Origin: an uncultured Acidobacteriota bacterium
GTDB taxonomy: Bacteria; Acidobacteriota; Blastocatellia; RBC074
Length of the DNA stretch: 64,000 nt
Direction: 5' to 3'
NCBI GenBank assembly: GCA_963796275.1
Contig: CAWCKY010000003.1
Location: 1,568,001 to 1,632,000 of the forward strand
Below, piece after piece: positions 11,359 to 26,676 of the stretch. The stretch's first letter is position 1, and each line of letters begins with the position of its first letter. Position numbers and translations under genes: made by a program. The notes under the pieces were generated by a model, which made no database searches, was not told where the DNA came from, and saw only the letters and a list, made by a program, of their open reading frames with translations.

Positions 11359-11635
11359 TGGTGGGTCTTTAGTGAGCAGGTTTGACGCATTACAGGATGT
11401 CAAACTTGCTCACCAAAGGTTCACAACTTATCAATCTAAATCGCAAGAACCAAGATTGGGTGGGACATTTATGCGGCTAACTTCAGTGCCTAATCTTGGC
11501 GCAATTTTTGGCTAGCTAGATTTCAACTTCGAACTCGTCGTAAATCTCCAGGAAATATTATCTAACTTTTTCCTGCCTTTCATTTTTCCTTGGTATCAAT
11601 AGCTCATATCCTTCTTCCGAAAATTTGCATTATAT

Positions 11636-11649
11636 TCCAATAAAATGGA
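11636..11649 (+). promoter_or_regulatory. Candidate upstream activator site TCCAATAAAATGGA
   Basis: TCCA-N6-TGGA, 88 bp upstream of the sigma-54 GG. Confidence 0.6.
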
Positions 11650-11721
11650 AAGATGCTGCCGACATTCGCAGCGCTAGACGCCTAAATGCAATCCAATCAG
11701 AGAGATAATGGCGCTAATCAT

Positions 11722-11738
11722 CTGGCATATTACTTGCC
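11722..11738 (+). promoter_or_regulatory. Sigma-54 promoter of receptor 3
   Basis: CTGGCATATTACTTGCC with GG(11724-11725)-N10-GC(11736-11737). Confidence 0.8.
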
Positions 11739-11874
11739 TGATTATCTGTGATTTCTCTAAGACTTGAAAATATCAAGTGCATATCACGTAGATTGATTTA
11801 AAAATTCAGCACCGCTACATAAAGACACTCAATAAAATTGTTCTTATAGCAATCTTCCACGACCCACGGCGGAG

Positions 11875-11976
11875 GCTGGTTTAAGTGTTTCCTTGAGATA
11901 TCGCTGGCTACACGGCAATGTAACATTGCCGTGTAAGTCAACGCGGTATTCCTCTGGGTGACCTTCTTAAGCCAGC
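11875..11976 (+). other. Long rod-like hairpin in the 5' leader of receptor 3
   Basis: Perfect core TACACGGCAATG-TAA-CATTGCCGTGTA (11909-11935) extended by nested helices and closed by GCTGGTTTAAG/CTTAAGCCAGC. Confidence 0.6.
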
Positions 11977-12020
11977 ATTCAACTTAACATCACTTCAAAC
12001 TGCACGATAGGAGGTACTCC

Positions 12021-15584
<3,564 letters not shown>

Positions 15585-15832
15585 ATCGCACGATCCGTGC
15601 GATCTCTCCTGACGCAAACCAGCCGGGTCGCAAAACGCATTTGCGGCCTGGTCGCTTTGCTTGATGTTTTCCCAAAATTCTCTTCCATATTAACCGCGCG
15701 CCCGGTTGACACTTTGTGAAAATATGTGCTAATTATATCCCCTTAACTGACTGAGATTTGCTAGCTTTGTGGGGATGTTCTGCAGTAAAAGGTTCCGAAT
15801 ATTTGCGCAGAGCGGGGAGGTGAACATCTATC

Positions 15833-16300
15833 GTGACTGTCTTGGCTTTAGCAGGGAACGTTCTGGCCCTCGATGGATCGTTTTTATTCATCTTTATTTC
15901 CATTTTCATTTTGATCTTCATTCTTAATCGCACCTTGTTCAAACCGATCAATCAGGTGTTGGACGAACGCGAGCGGTTGGGAGTAGGCAGGCTTGACGAA
16001 GCGAAGCGGATGCTAGGCCAGTATGAAGAGCGAGTGAGCCGTTATGAGGAGCAGTTACGAGCGGCACGCTCCGAAGCATACCAGCAGCAGGAGGCGCAGA
16101 GACGCGAGGCGCTCTCCGCGAGGCAGGATAAAATTACACAGGTGAAGGCCGAAGCCGTCCGGCAGGTCGCGACCGCAAAAGATGAGATCTCGGGGCAAAC
16201 TGATAAGGCGAGGGAGAGCCTCGAGAAGGAAGCGCTCTTGATGGCTGCCACTATCTCGTCTCAGATTTTGCATCGACAAGTCAGCTCCGGAGGAGATTGA
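15833..16300 (+). CDS. atpF: F0F1 ATP synthase subunit b'
   Basis: TM helix followed by [13 protein letters not shown] coiled coil; first of two b paralogs. Confidence 0.85.
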   Translation: MTVLALAGNVLALDGSFLFIFISIFILIFILNRTLFKPINQVLDERERLGVGRLDEAKRMLGQYEERVSRYEEQLRAARSEAYQQQEAQRREALSARQDKITQVKAEAVRQVATAKDEISGQTDKARESLEKEALLMAATISSQILHRQVSSGGD

Positions 16301-16306
16301 GCCAGC

Positions 16307-16831
16307 ATGCCAGGGACCGATCACATACATCTATTGTTGGCAGGCGGATTCTGGACTTCCCCGATGGGATTTCCGAAACTGGTCAACCTGCTCATCTTCC
16401 TAGGTATTTTGTACTATTATCTGCGCCGGCCGATAAATGAGTATTTCTCTCAACGTTTGGCGAGCGTTCGGCACATGTTGGAACGCGCGGCCAAGGAGAA
16501 AGAGGCCGCGACGATGAAGATGGCAGAGCTCGACGCGCGGCTCAATCGTCTGGACGCCGAGTTGGCGGGGATCAGAGAGCAATCGAAAGTTGAAGTTGTG
16601 GCGGAGCGCGATCGGATGAAGGCTGAAACCGAGCGCGATATCGAAAAACTTCGCATCTCTACGAATCGCGAGATCGAATCCGCCAAACAGGTGGCGATGG
16701 CCGTCCTGCGTGAGTACGCGGCAACCAAGTCGGTAGAGCTGGCGGAACAGCTCATACGGCGTGAATTGACGCCCGAGGACGATGCGCGGCTGCTGCGTCG
16801 CGTCAGCGAAGAAATGGACACGGTGAAATGA
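16307..16831 (+). CDS. atpF: F0F1 ATP synthase subunit b
   Basis: KLVNLLIFLGILYYYLRRPI TM helix plus coiled coil, ending DDARLL. Confidence 0.88.
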   Translation: MPGTDHIHLLLAGGFWTSPMGFPKLVNLLIFLGILYYYLRRPINEYFSQRLASVRHMLERAAKEKEAATMKMAELDARLNRLDAELAGIREQSKVEVVAERDRMKAETERDIEKLRISTNREIESAKQVAMAVLREYAATKSVELAEQLIRRELTPEDDARLLRRVSEEMDTVK

Positions 16832-16939
16832 ACTGGTGATTGGAACGGTTGCAGGAGAGACTGGACGCTGCGCCCCTGCGCCGGCCACCCACTCGCTTCC
16901 CTCCGTGGTTGAAAATCGAAGAATCAAACTTTTGAAGTT

Positions 16940-17477
<538 letters not shown>

Positions 17478-17485
<8 letters not shown>

Positions 17486-17524
17486 TCGGTTTGTAAAACA
17501 ACCGACAACCGACAACTGACAACC
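17478..17524. repeat. Heptamer (ACAACCG) repeat with short inverted arm
   Basis: GTCGATAGTCGGTT followed by ACAACCGACAACCGACAACTGACAACC. Confidence 0.6.
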
Positions 17525-17533
17525 GGAGTCATT

Positions 17534-19078
17534 ATGGCGAACGAAATCAAAGCAGATGAGATAAGTAAAATTATTCGACAACAGATCGAGAACTTCGACG
17601 AGAGTGTGACCGTGTCCGAGGTCGGCACGGTTATCAAAGTGGGCGATGGCATTGCCGAAATTTACGGTCTCGAAAAAGTGATGGCCGGCGAGTTGCTCGA
17701 TTTTGAGAAGGGCGCTTCCGGACTGGCGCTCAACCTCGAGGAAGACAAGGTTGGTGCCGTCTTGTTGGGCGATTTTGAGACGATCAAAGAGGGCGATATC
17801 GTTCGTCGCACCAAGCGCATCATCGAGGTGCCGGCGGGTGAGGCGATGCTCGGGCGCGTAGTCAACGCGCTGGGTCATGCCTCGGATGGTAAAGGGCAGA
17901 TCATCACCAAGGATTTTATGGCGATCGAGCGGATCGCCCCGGGCATCGTCGATCGCCAGCCGGTGAAAGAGCCGATGCAGACGGGTCTCAAGGCAATCGA
18001 CACGATGGTCCCGATCGGACGAGGCCAGCGCGAGCTGATTATCGGAGACCGCCAGACCGGCAAGACTGCTGTCGCGCTCGATACGATCATCAACCAGAGA
18101 GGCGGCGACGTCGTTTGCGTTTACGTAGCTATCGGCCAGAAGTCCTCGACCGTTGCCCAGGTGCAGGCGACGCTCGAAAAGTATGACGCGATGAGCTACA
18201 CGATCATCGTCGCAGCGTCGGCATCCGAACCGGCCGCAATGCAATACCTCGCGCCGTACGCCGGTTGTGCGATCGGGGAATACTTCATGAACCGCGGCCA
18301 AGCCGTGCTTTGCATCTATGACGATCTGTCGAAACACGCCGCCGCCTATCGCGAGATCAGCCTCCTGCTCAGGCGCCCGCCGGGGCGCGAGGCCTATCCG
18401 GGCGACGTCTTCTACCTTCACTCGCGTCTGCTCGAGCGCGCGGCGAAATATAGCGATGAGCGGGGAGGGGGATCGCTGACGGCGCTTCCCGTGATTGAGA
18501 CGCAGGCAGGTGATATCTCGGCTTACATCCCGACGAACGTCATCTCGATAACCGACGGACAGATCTTTCTCGAGTCCGACCTATTCAATTCGGGCATCCG
18601 TCCGGCGATCAACGTCGGCAACTCGGTGAGCCGCGTAGGTGGCAACGCGCAGATCAAAGCGATGAAACAGGTGACCGGTACGCTCAGGCTCGAACTTGCG
18701 CAGTTCCGCGAGCTGGCGGCATTCGCGCAGTTCGGTTCCGACCTCGACGCTGTAACCCAGAAACAGCTTGCGCGCGGGCAGCGATTGACGGAGATCCTCA
18801 AACAGGATCAATACCAGCCGATGAACATCGAGCGTCAGATCGTAGTCATCTGGGCAGCTTCGAATGGTTACGTAGACGATTTGCCGGTCGAAAGTGTCCG
18901 CCATTTCGAGGCCGAATTGCTGAAGTATATCGATAATGCCGGTGGACCGCTGCTCGCCGCAATTCGTGATAAGCGACAGCTCACTGATGATGTGAAACAA
19001 CTACTCCGCTCCACGCTGGATGAGTTCAAGAAACGGTTCCGAGCTCAAGTGAAAGGTGCGGGGAGCATGAATAATTGA
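17534..19078 (+). CDS. atpA: ATP synthase F1 subunit alpha
   Basis: [46 protein letters not shown]. Confidence 0.98.
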   Translation: MANEIKADEISKIIRQQIENFDESVTVSEVGTVIKVGDGIAEIYGLEKVMAGELLDFEKGASGLALNLEEDKVGAVLLGDFETIKEGDIVRRTKRIIEVPAGEAMLGRVVNALGHASDGKGQIITKDFMAIERIAPGIVDRQPVKEPMQTGLKAIDTMVPIGRGQRELIIGDRQTGKTAVALDTIINQRGGDVVCVYVAIGQKSSTVAQVQATLEKYDAMSYTIIVAASASEPAAMQYLAPYAGCAIGEYFMNRGQAVLCIYDDLSKHAAAYREISLLLRRPPGREAYPGDVFYLHSRLLERAAKYSDERGGGSLTALPVIETQAGDISAYIPTNVISITDGQIFLESDLFNSGIRPAINVGNSVSRVGGNAQIKAMKQVTGTLRLELAQFRELAAFAQFGSDLDAVTQKQLARGQRLTEILKQDQYQPMNIERQIVVIWAASNGYVDDLPVESVRHFEAELLKYIDNAGGPLLAAIRDKRQLTDDVKQLLRSTLDEFKKRFRAQVKGAGSMNN

Positions 19079-19150
19079 TGTTGATAATTGATAATTCGTA
19101 TAAATCGTTGCCATAGCGCATACGAACTATCAATTATCAATTCTCAATTC
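19071..19150. repeat. Heptamer (TTGATAA) inverted-repeat hairpin
   Basis: TTGATGTTGATAATTGATAATTCGTAT paired with ATACGAACTATCAATTATCAATTCTCAA. Confidence 0.75.
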
Positions 19151-19157
19151 TCTTCTT

Positions 19158-20039
19158 ATGCCAAACTTACAGGATTTACGGCGGCGCGTGCGGGCCGTGA
19201 AAAACATGAGGCAGATCACCAAGGCCATGAAGATGGTTTCGGCTGCCAGGTTGCGGCGCGCGCAGGAACGCGTGGTTGCCGCCCGTCCATACACATCCAA
19301 GATGATGCAGATTCTCGGCGATGCGGCCCGCCGCGCGCCGGATTACAAGAATCCATTGATGACGGGGCATGAGCGCGAAACGCAACAGGAACGCATTATC
19401 CTCGCGCTCGTTACAGCCGATAAGGGGTTGTGCGGCGCGTTCAACACGAATCTCATGAAGGCTGCTCAGGAGTTCCAAAAGAAGAATGCCGATAAGCAGA
19501 TCGAACTCGTATTGATCGGACGTAAAGGCTACGATTACTACCGCCGCCGACCAGTGAAGATCCGGCGCGAACATTTGAATATAACGGGCACGGGCCGGGT
19601 CAATGCCTCCGATGCAACCAAGATAGCAGAGCAATTGATTGCGGATTTCCAATCCGAAGAAAATCCGATAGATCGCATTTTTATACTCTACAATGAATTC
19701 AAATCCGCTCTCTCCCAACGGCCCGTCGTCGAACAGCTTCTCCCCACTGGAAGCGTGACGGAAACGGACCAGGGCGAGTCATTGGTAGATTACGTCTACG
19801 AGCAGCCGGCGGACGCGATCTTCGGCGAACTACTGCCCAAACTGGTGGCCAATCAAATTTATCACGCGTTGCTAGAATCAGTGGCATCAGAACTCGGCGC
19901 TCGCATGACGGCAATGGATTCCGCTTCGAAGAATGCGGACGATGTCATTGAACGGCTGACACTTAATATGAACCGCGTACGGCAGGCCGCGATTACACGG
20001 GAAATCATCGAGGTCGTCAGCGGCGCTCAGGCTCTCTAA
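19158..20039 (+). CDS. atpG: ATP synthase F1 subunit gamma
   Basis: ITKAMKMVSAARL, DKGLCGAFN, NRVRQAAITREIIEVVSGA. Confidence 0.98.
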   Translation: MPNLQDLRRRVRAVKNMRQITKAMKMVSAARLRRAQERVVAARPYTSKMMQILGDAARRAPDYKNPLMTGHERETQQERIILALVTADKGLCGAFNTNLMKAAQEFQKKNADKQIELVLIGRKGYDYYRRRPVKIRREHLNITGTGRVNASDATKIAEQLIADFQSEENPIDRIFILYNEFKSALSQRPVVEQLLPTGSVTETDQGESLVDYVYEQPADAIFGELLPKLVANQIYHALLESVASELGARMTAMDSASKNADDVIERLTLNMNRVRQAAITREIIEVVSGAQAL

Positions 20040-20042
20040 TCA

Positions 20043-20462
20043 TTGCTTTACTGGTTACCGCCCATACTCTGGATGTCAGCCATCTACTTCTTCTCGACCG
20101 ATAATTTTTCGGGCGAGGATACCGGGACGGTGTTCAGAACAATCCTCTATTCGATCTTCCCGTCTCTGACCGAAGGACAGTTTCAATCGTTTCACTTTAT
20201 CATTCGCAAGACCGCACACTTCACCGAATATGGCATTCTCGCTCTGCTCCTCTTTAACGCCTTTAGATCAGGCTCTGCCACAAAATGGAAGCGGTCCTGG
20301 GCAGTCTATTCTTTTTTGATTCTCGTGATCTATGCGCTCTCAGATGAATATCATCAGACATTCACAGAGACGCGAATGGGATCGATCTACGATAGCTTGA
20401 CGGACATCGCCGGTGGTTTCACCGCGCTCTTTTTGCTCTGGTTGTTGAGACGGAAGAATTAG
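20043..20462 (+). CDS. VanZ family membrane protein
   Basis: IRKTAHFTEYGIL, YALSDEYHQTF, R.GSIYD motifs. Confidence 0.85.
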   Translation: MLYWLPPILWMSAIYFFSTDNFSGEDTGTVFRTILYSIFPSLTEGQFQSFHFIIRKTAHFTEYGILALLLFNAFRSGSATKWKRSWAVYSFLILVIYALSDEYHQTFTETRMGSIYDSLTDIAGGFTALFLLWLLRRKN

Positions 20463-20809
20463 TTAGCTGGATGTTCGATATGGAGGGACTTGACGGGCGA
20501 TGTGACGATGCGCTGACCACCACTGCAAATTTCAATGCGCAACCCGATTCCGAGCCAGCCCATTTTCAGCATACAACCGCCAAAAGTCGAACCGCTCACC
20601 GTCGCTTCGACCGGTTCAGCGAAATAATGGCCGCCCTGAATGAGGACTTTCCCGTTTTCAGGATCTAGAAGAAAGATGTAGTAATCGTTGTTAAGTGTAC
20701 TTGCGCAAACCGTATCGAAAGGAGTCAATGTTCGTAAAGCTACGCCCTCTAGTGAGGAACTTAGTTCAGTGAAGCCGTCTAATGAGCAGTAGCGCGGAAT
20801 ATTGTGCAA
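20459..20809 (-). CDS. Hypothetical protein
   Basis: RBS AGGAGGAG before TTG start; coding-like 116 aa. Confidence 0.65.
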   Translation of the reverse strand: MHNIPRYCSLDGFTELSSSLEGVALRTLTPFDTVCASTLNNDYYIFLLDPENGKVLIQGGHYFAEPVEATVSGSTFGGCMLKMGWLGIGLRIEICSGGQRIVTSPVKSLHIEHPAN

Positions 20810-21088
20810 GCGCTCCTCCTATTTGGTTAAAAAGTTACCGCCCATTTGCTAAAGCATTACATTCAGAGGAAAGCGGCAATCGACAAATTCACCTTAAATG
20901 GTGACTCCTTTTGTACCCTAGAGGCGTCATACGGTCAAGCGGCAACGCTAATTTGAGAGTTTACGATTCACAAGACAGAACAAAAATCAATTTTGATTGC
21001 ATGTTTTGGGGGAGGCTGCCACTGACTTCTCCTCTAATTTTGTTAAAATGCGGATGGCAAATTCTTATTTGGGGGACAAACGTGAGCT

Positions 21089-21961
<873 letters not shown>

Positions 21962-22159
21962 TCGGAAACACTGGAAATTGTGCAAAATAAAAATCAATTG
22001 AAATAAAAAGTATCTGAGCGGTCCCGTAGGTATCTAATTGACAACGTTCATGATCAAGCTCCCGGGGGTCCTGATACCTCGATCCCAATGATTCTTAATT
22101 TCGCACATTCCTCACTTAACTGATCCGCTAATATGTGATACAAACAGCAGTTGAAAATG

Positions 22160-22237
<78 letters not shown>

Positions 22238-22240
22238 CCT

Positions 22241-24340
22241 TCACCTCGATGCCATCTCCGCCAGTGACCGCGTATCCTGAAACAGTCTGGTGAATTTCTG
22301 ATTCAAGTCGGTAGACATTTTCACACGTTTCCATGCCTGTTCCACTTGTGCGGCATCCTTCAGAAGTTTGGCGGCGCCGTTTCGGTTCGCCGATGCCCCG
22401 GTGGAATCATCTATCGCCTTCGCCGAGCCGAGCATGGCAGTCAGACCATTGAGTATCTGCTGTTCGTCTGCTGTAGGCTTGCGCTCGCCAAGCAGGTCTG
22501 ATGTTCCATCCGGGTTGATCCAGACCCCGATTGTCGCGCCGAAGTCATACTGGCACTGTGTTATCTCACCGATCACCTCCGCAGCCAGCTCTGAGGAATT
22601 ATTCGCTGGCGAATTGCTCGCTGGCGAATTGCTCGCTGGCGAATTGCTCGCTGGCGAAGTCGATGGTTTGCTCGAAGCAGCTGGAGGCGCGGGCGCGGGC
22701 TGTGATCCGTTCAGGTCATTATCGATCAGCGTCTGAGTGTTCTGGAGCACTGTGCCGAATCGCTTATTCATATCCGATCTCATCCTGACCCGCATCCGAA
22801 CCTGCTCGACCAATTTAACATCTTCTTCTACCAGTAAGGCGCTATTGCGTCTGGTGGCGGGATTCGCGGCATTCCTGATATATGCCTGTACGGAATTGAG
22901 CTGAGAACCCAGCGCATCCAGGAGTTGTTTTTCATCGGATGTCGGCTTATGTCCTCCGGTCGCTTCATATGAGCCGTCCTCGTTTATCCGCAAACCGATA
23001 CTGGATCCGAACTCGGTCCGTAGTTCCTCGATATCGCTTTCGACGCGTGCACTCGATACGGCAGCAGCCGAACCGTTTTTGGAGCTCGACGATACAGACG
23101 AGGAAGTGCGATCGGGTGCAGCCGGTCGCTTGGCCGTCGCCGCGGAGCGGGAGTTCGGATATGGGCGCACTTTGTTCTCTCTCGCGCCGTTTTTTGCGCG
23201 AACGATGACTTTCTTGATGAGGCCATCATTATCCGGGATGCTGATAGTAGGGGCAGTCGGATGCGATACCCGCCCCGCCTTGGCCGATGGCGGCGGCACA
23301 CCGCGCAGATCGACCTCAACCTGATCCCCCGATACCGTATGATCGGCGAAAATACGCCAGCCGGCGCCGGGCGTTTTGGCTGTGACCAGAATCATCAGCA
23401 TGCCATCAGGAGTCCGTTCGGAGCGCACATCGTTTACCTCGATAGCCACCTCATTCGCGTCCTTTTCACGCAATGGTTCTTCCCGCGATGGCGGATCGAC
23501 TTTTGGCTGGTTGCGCGTTACAGAAGGACGGAGAATAGTACGTGTCGGCGGAGGATCGGGCGATTCGCTCACGCGAAGCGGTTGGATCAGTTCCAATGCG
23601 AAGAGATGGCCGGGTTCGATGACCACATCGCTGCCTTTCATTAGAAGGGCAATCGTCAATCCCGCCACTGCGCCGATTCCCGCTCCTGCCAGCGCGCCAC
23701 CCGCCGCCGCTCCGATGGCGATTCCTGCTCCGGCACTGGCTCCCGCTATCTTGAGCGCGCCTTTTTTCGTAGAGGGAGTTTTAACATTTCCCTCGTCGTC
23801 GAATCGGTTTTGATCGTTTTCCTCGGCATTCGTAGGTCTACCGCGGATCGGTATGAGCCTGTCGTTTTCCAGCCTCATGTTTTCGAAAGTCAACTGGATC
23901 ACGCCCGAGCGTCGTCGCCGTTTAGCCGGCTGCGCATCGACGATACTTCCCTCGATTATCGTGCCAGCGGGGACGAGCGTGCGGCCTTCTTCGTCGACGA
24001 CTGGAGTCGAGGTGCGTGTCCTGAAACGGTCGCCTATGCGCGATTCCTTGGACGACAACCGGCTCTCCAACTCAACGATCAATTTCGTCCCTTCGGGGAT
24101 CGAATTGGCGCCCGCCGGAACGATCACGGATGCAGTTAAATCGATGACGGGCGCGCGCGTCAGGCGCTGGCTCGCTTCCGCATTTGTCTTTTCAGGCGCC
24201 GCACCTTCCGCTCCGGTTTCCTGACTGGGCGGGCGTGAGAGGCGCTGGGCAGCGATTTGACTCGATGGCGATAACGCTGCGCCGATGATCAAGGTCTGGC
24301 TAAGCGCGATCAAGTGGAAAAGCTTCAGGCATCGTTTCAT
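22241..24340 (-). CDS. Secreted multidomain protein: TrbI/VirB10-like domain, glycine-zipper segment and a duplicated C-terminal domain
   Basis: IPEGTKLIVEL..LVPAGTIIEGSI, GAGIAIGAAAGG; two ~110-aa repeats; SPASN linker repeats. Confidence 0.7.
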   Translation of the reverse strand: MKRCLKLFHLIALSQTLIIGAALSPSSQIAAQRLSRPPSQETGAEGAAPEKTNAEASQRLTRAPVIDLTASVIVPAGANSIPEGTKLIVELESRLSSKESRIGDRFRTRTSTPVVDEEGRTLVPAGTIIEGSIVDAQPAKRRRRSGVIQLTFENMRLENDRLIPIRGRPTNAEENDQNRFDDEGNVKTPSTKKGALKIAGASAGAGIAIGAAAGGALAGAGIGAVAGLTIALLMKGSDVVIEPGHLFALELIQPLRVSESPDPPPTRTILRPSVTRNQPKVDPPSREEPLREKDANEVAIEVNDVRSERTPDGMLMILVTAKTPGAGWRIFADHTVSGDQVEVDLRGVPPPSAKAGRVSHPTAPTISIPDNDGLIKKVIVRAKNGARENKVRPYPNSRSAATAKRPAAPDRTSSSVSSSSKNGSAAAVSSARVESDIEELRTEFGSSIGLRINEDGSYEATGGHKPTSDEKQLLDALGSQLNSVQAYIRNAANPATRRNSALLVEEDVKLVEQVRMRVRMRSDMNKRFGTVLQNTQTLIDNDLNGSQPAPAPPAASSKPSTSPASNSPASNSPASNSPANNSSELAAEVIGEITQCQYDFGATIGVWINPDGTSDLLGERKPTADEQQILNGLTAMLGSAKAIDDSTGASANRNGAAKLLKDAAQVEQAWKRVKMSTDLNQKFTRLFQDTRSLAEMASR
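22604..22657. repeat. 15-bp tandem repeat (GCTGGCGAATTGCTC) encoding SPASN
   Basis: About 3.5 copies within the coding linker. Confidence 0.85.
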
Positions 24341-24659
24341 GAATGCTCCTCGGATATATCAACCGCGATGAACGAAGAAAAATAAATTGAATCGCCATCT
24401 TCTTCATTCCATCGTGGCTTATATCTCATTATTTCTATACGTCGTTTGCGTACCACGCGGGCTATAGTTCTACGCCATAGTGAACGCAGCCGCAACCGCA
24501 ACCGTAAAATCCTGCAAATATTGTCTAAAACCGACGAGAGGCGCACGGAGTACATTGTAATTTATCATCCCGCCTTCAGGCAAAGTACATCCTGCGCACC
24601 TCGCGGAACCGTCTTCGCCGGTGTTATTATGAATATATGTTTGGCAGGGCCCCGGATCC

Positions 24660-25670
24660 TTGAACAAGAAAAATATGAAGTCTGTGATATCAGAAGAGGT
24701 TTTCTCTGAATCGCAAATAAAGTCAGGCAGAGAGGATCAGATCAAGTATTTTTTAGGCGTTGACGGTGGCGGCACCAATTGCCGGGCCGTGGTTGTCGAT
24801 GAGTTGTGCACCGTGCGTGGTGAAGGGCGGGCCGAGGCTGCAAATTTCCATCGCGTCGGATTGGAAACGGCGATCAGACACATCGTAATTGCAGTCGGTT
24901 CGGCCTGCAATCGAGCGGGCATCGAGCCGGAGCAGATAACCGCGGCATGCATAGGCCTGGCCGGAGTTTCGCATCCCAATCATCATCGCCGCATGATATC
25001 TGCGCTCAAACAGGCATTACCGATAACCGATGTATTACTGGAGACGGATGCCCGGGTAGCGCTGGCCGGCGCGACCGGAAATCAACCGGGAATCGTGATT
25101 ATCGCGGGAACGGGTTCGATCGCCTGCGGTATAAACGCGCGAGGCCGATTCGCCAGGGCCGGAGGCTGGGGACCAACCATCGGCGATGAAGGCAGCGGAT
25201 CTTATATCGGCCGGCGCGCTCTCGAAGCTATCGTCATGGCTTACGATTATCGCGGGGAACCGACGATGATGATGGAGCCGGTGCTCCGCTACTTCGGAGT
25301 CTCGTCGCCCCCCGAACTGCCTCCAGTGATCTATGATTCGCCCACGGATGTGCAATCCAGGATCGCACAGCTCTCAAAAATCGTCGTCAAAGCCGCGCAG
25401 GAAGGTGACAAAATCGCGCGCGCGATCATTAGGGATGCGGCGGTAGAGCTGGCGAAAGCCGCGATCGCTGTCATCGAGCAACTGAAAATGGAGAAAGATG
25501 CTTTCAGCGTTGCCTACGTGGGAGGAGTCTTCGAATCAGGCGAACTCATTCTATCTACCTTGCGCGAAGAGATTCAGAAAATTGCCCCGCATGCCGAAAT
25601 TGCGCCTCCTATCGATCCGCCTGTGATCGGCGCAGTGAAGCTGGTGATGGGGGGCAAAATTGATAATTGA
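24660..25670 (+). CDS. BadF/BadG/BcrA/BcrD ATPase family sugar kinase (GlcNAc/MurNAc kinase-like)
   Basis: LGVDGGGT, IAGTGSI, GGWGPTIGDEGSG; upstream of murQ. Confidence 0.88.
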   Translation: MNKKNMKSVISEEVFSESQIKSGREDQIKYFLGVDGGGTNCRAVVVDELCTVRGEGRAEAANFHRVGLETAIRHIVIAVGSACNRAGIEPEQITAACIGLAGVSHPNHHRRMISALKQALPITDVLLETDARVALAGATGNQPGIVIIAGTGSIACGINARGRFARAGGWGPTIGDEGSGSYIGRRALEAIVMAYDYRGEPTMMMEPVLRYFGVSSPPELPPVIYDSPTDVQSRIAQLSKIVVKAAQEGDKIARAIIRDAAVELAKAAIAVIEQLKMEKDAFSVAYVGGVFESGELILSTLREEIQKIAPHAEIAPPIDPPVIGAVKLVMGGKIDN

Positions 25671-25749
25671 TTATTGATAATTGATAATTGATAGCGACAT
25701 GATGATCGATTGCCCGCCGATCATTATCAACTATCAACCATCAATTATT
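25658..25749. repeat. Heptamer (TTGATAA) inverted-repeat hairpin
   Basis: AATTGATAATTGATTATTGATAATTGATAATTGAT paired with ATTATCAACTATCAACCATCAATTATT. Confidence 0.75.
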
Positions 25750-25750
25750 T

Positions 25751-26638
25751 ATGACTATAACTGAACAAAATAATCCTCAGACAGCCGGAATCGATCGCCT
25801 GGCCACGCTCGAGGCATTACGCATCATTAACAACGAAGACAAGAAGGTTGCTGAAGCGGTGGAAAGTGTGCTCCCCGCGGTTGCCCGGGCAGTCGATGGA
25901 ATCGTTGATAAGCTCGAACGCGGCGGCCATCTTTACTATGTGGGCACAGGAACGAGCGCCCGGCTCGGAGTTCTGGATGCGGCGGAATGCCCGCCTACTT
26001 TCGGGGTTACGCCCGATCTGGTGCAAGGCATCATCGCGGGAGGTTACGAAGCGTGCTACCGGGCCGTCGAGGCCTCAGAGGACGATCGCGAAGCCGGGGC
26101 GAGGGACTTGCAAATGCGCGGCGTCAATGCCGGAGACGCCGTGGTCGGGATCGCCGCCAGCGGGCGCACCCCATACACTATCGGAGCTCTCACATATGCG
26201 CGTAGCATCGGCGCCCTCACCATCTGCATCACTTGCAACAAGGAGACCGAACTTGCGCGGACTGTCGAAATACCGATCGAGCCGGTAGTCGGTCCCGAGG
26301 TAATCGCCGGATCGACGCGGTTGAAGGCGGGCACGGCGCAGAAGCTTGTTCTCAATATGCTTTCGACGATGAGTATGGTGCGGCTCGGGTACGTGACTGG
26401 CAATCGGATGACCAATCTAAAGACGCGCAATGAAAAGTTGCGCAACCGAGCGCTCGGCATTGTCATGGCTGAATGTAATCTCGATGAGATTGCAGCCCGA
26501 ACCGCCCTTGAGGGCGTAAATTGGGATTTGCGAGTGGTGATTGTGATGCAGAAGGCAAAGGTCAGCCGGGATAAGGCGGAGGAGGCTTTGCGGCAAACCA
26601 ATTTTATTATCGCGAAAGCCATCGATTTGATCGGCTGA
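25751..26638 (+). CDS. murQ: N-acetylmuramic acid 6-phosphate etherase
   Basis: TEQNNP, GTGTSARLGVLDAAECPPTFG, GPEVIAGSTRLKAGTAQKLVLNM. Confidence 0.96.
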   Translation: MTITEQNNPQTAGIDRLATLEALRIINNEDKKVAEAVESVLPAVARAVDGIVDKLERGGHLYYVGTGTSARLGVLDAAECPPTFGVTPDLVQGIIAGGYEACYRAVEASEDDREAGARDLQMRGVNAGDAVVGIAASGRTPYTIGALTYARSIGALTICITCNKETELARTVEIPIEPVVGPEVIAGSTRLKAGTAQKLVLNMLSTMSMVRLGYVTGNRMTNLKTRNEKLRNRALGIVMAECNLDEIAARTALEGVNWDLRVVIVMQKAKVSRDKAEEALRQTNFIIAKAIDLIG

Positions 26639-26676
26639 GCATCGCGTTTCTCCAAATTAGCAGTAATCGACGGTTT

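Noticed and set aside
10888-11390. Selenoprotein readthrough at the TGA after PCG, given nearby selB
   Set aside because: Another stop follows within ten codons and no SECIS-like hairpin is evident
15706-15735. Sigma-70 promoter for the atp operon (TTGACA)
   Set aside because: The -35 is perfect but no convincing -10 lies at 16-18 bp spacing, so it was not called
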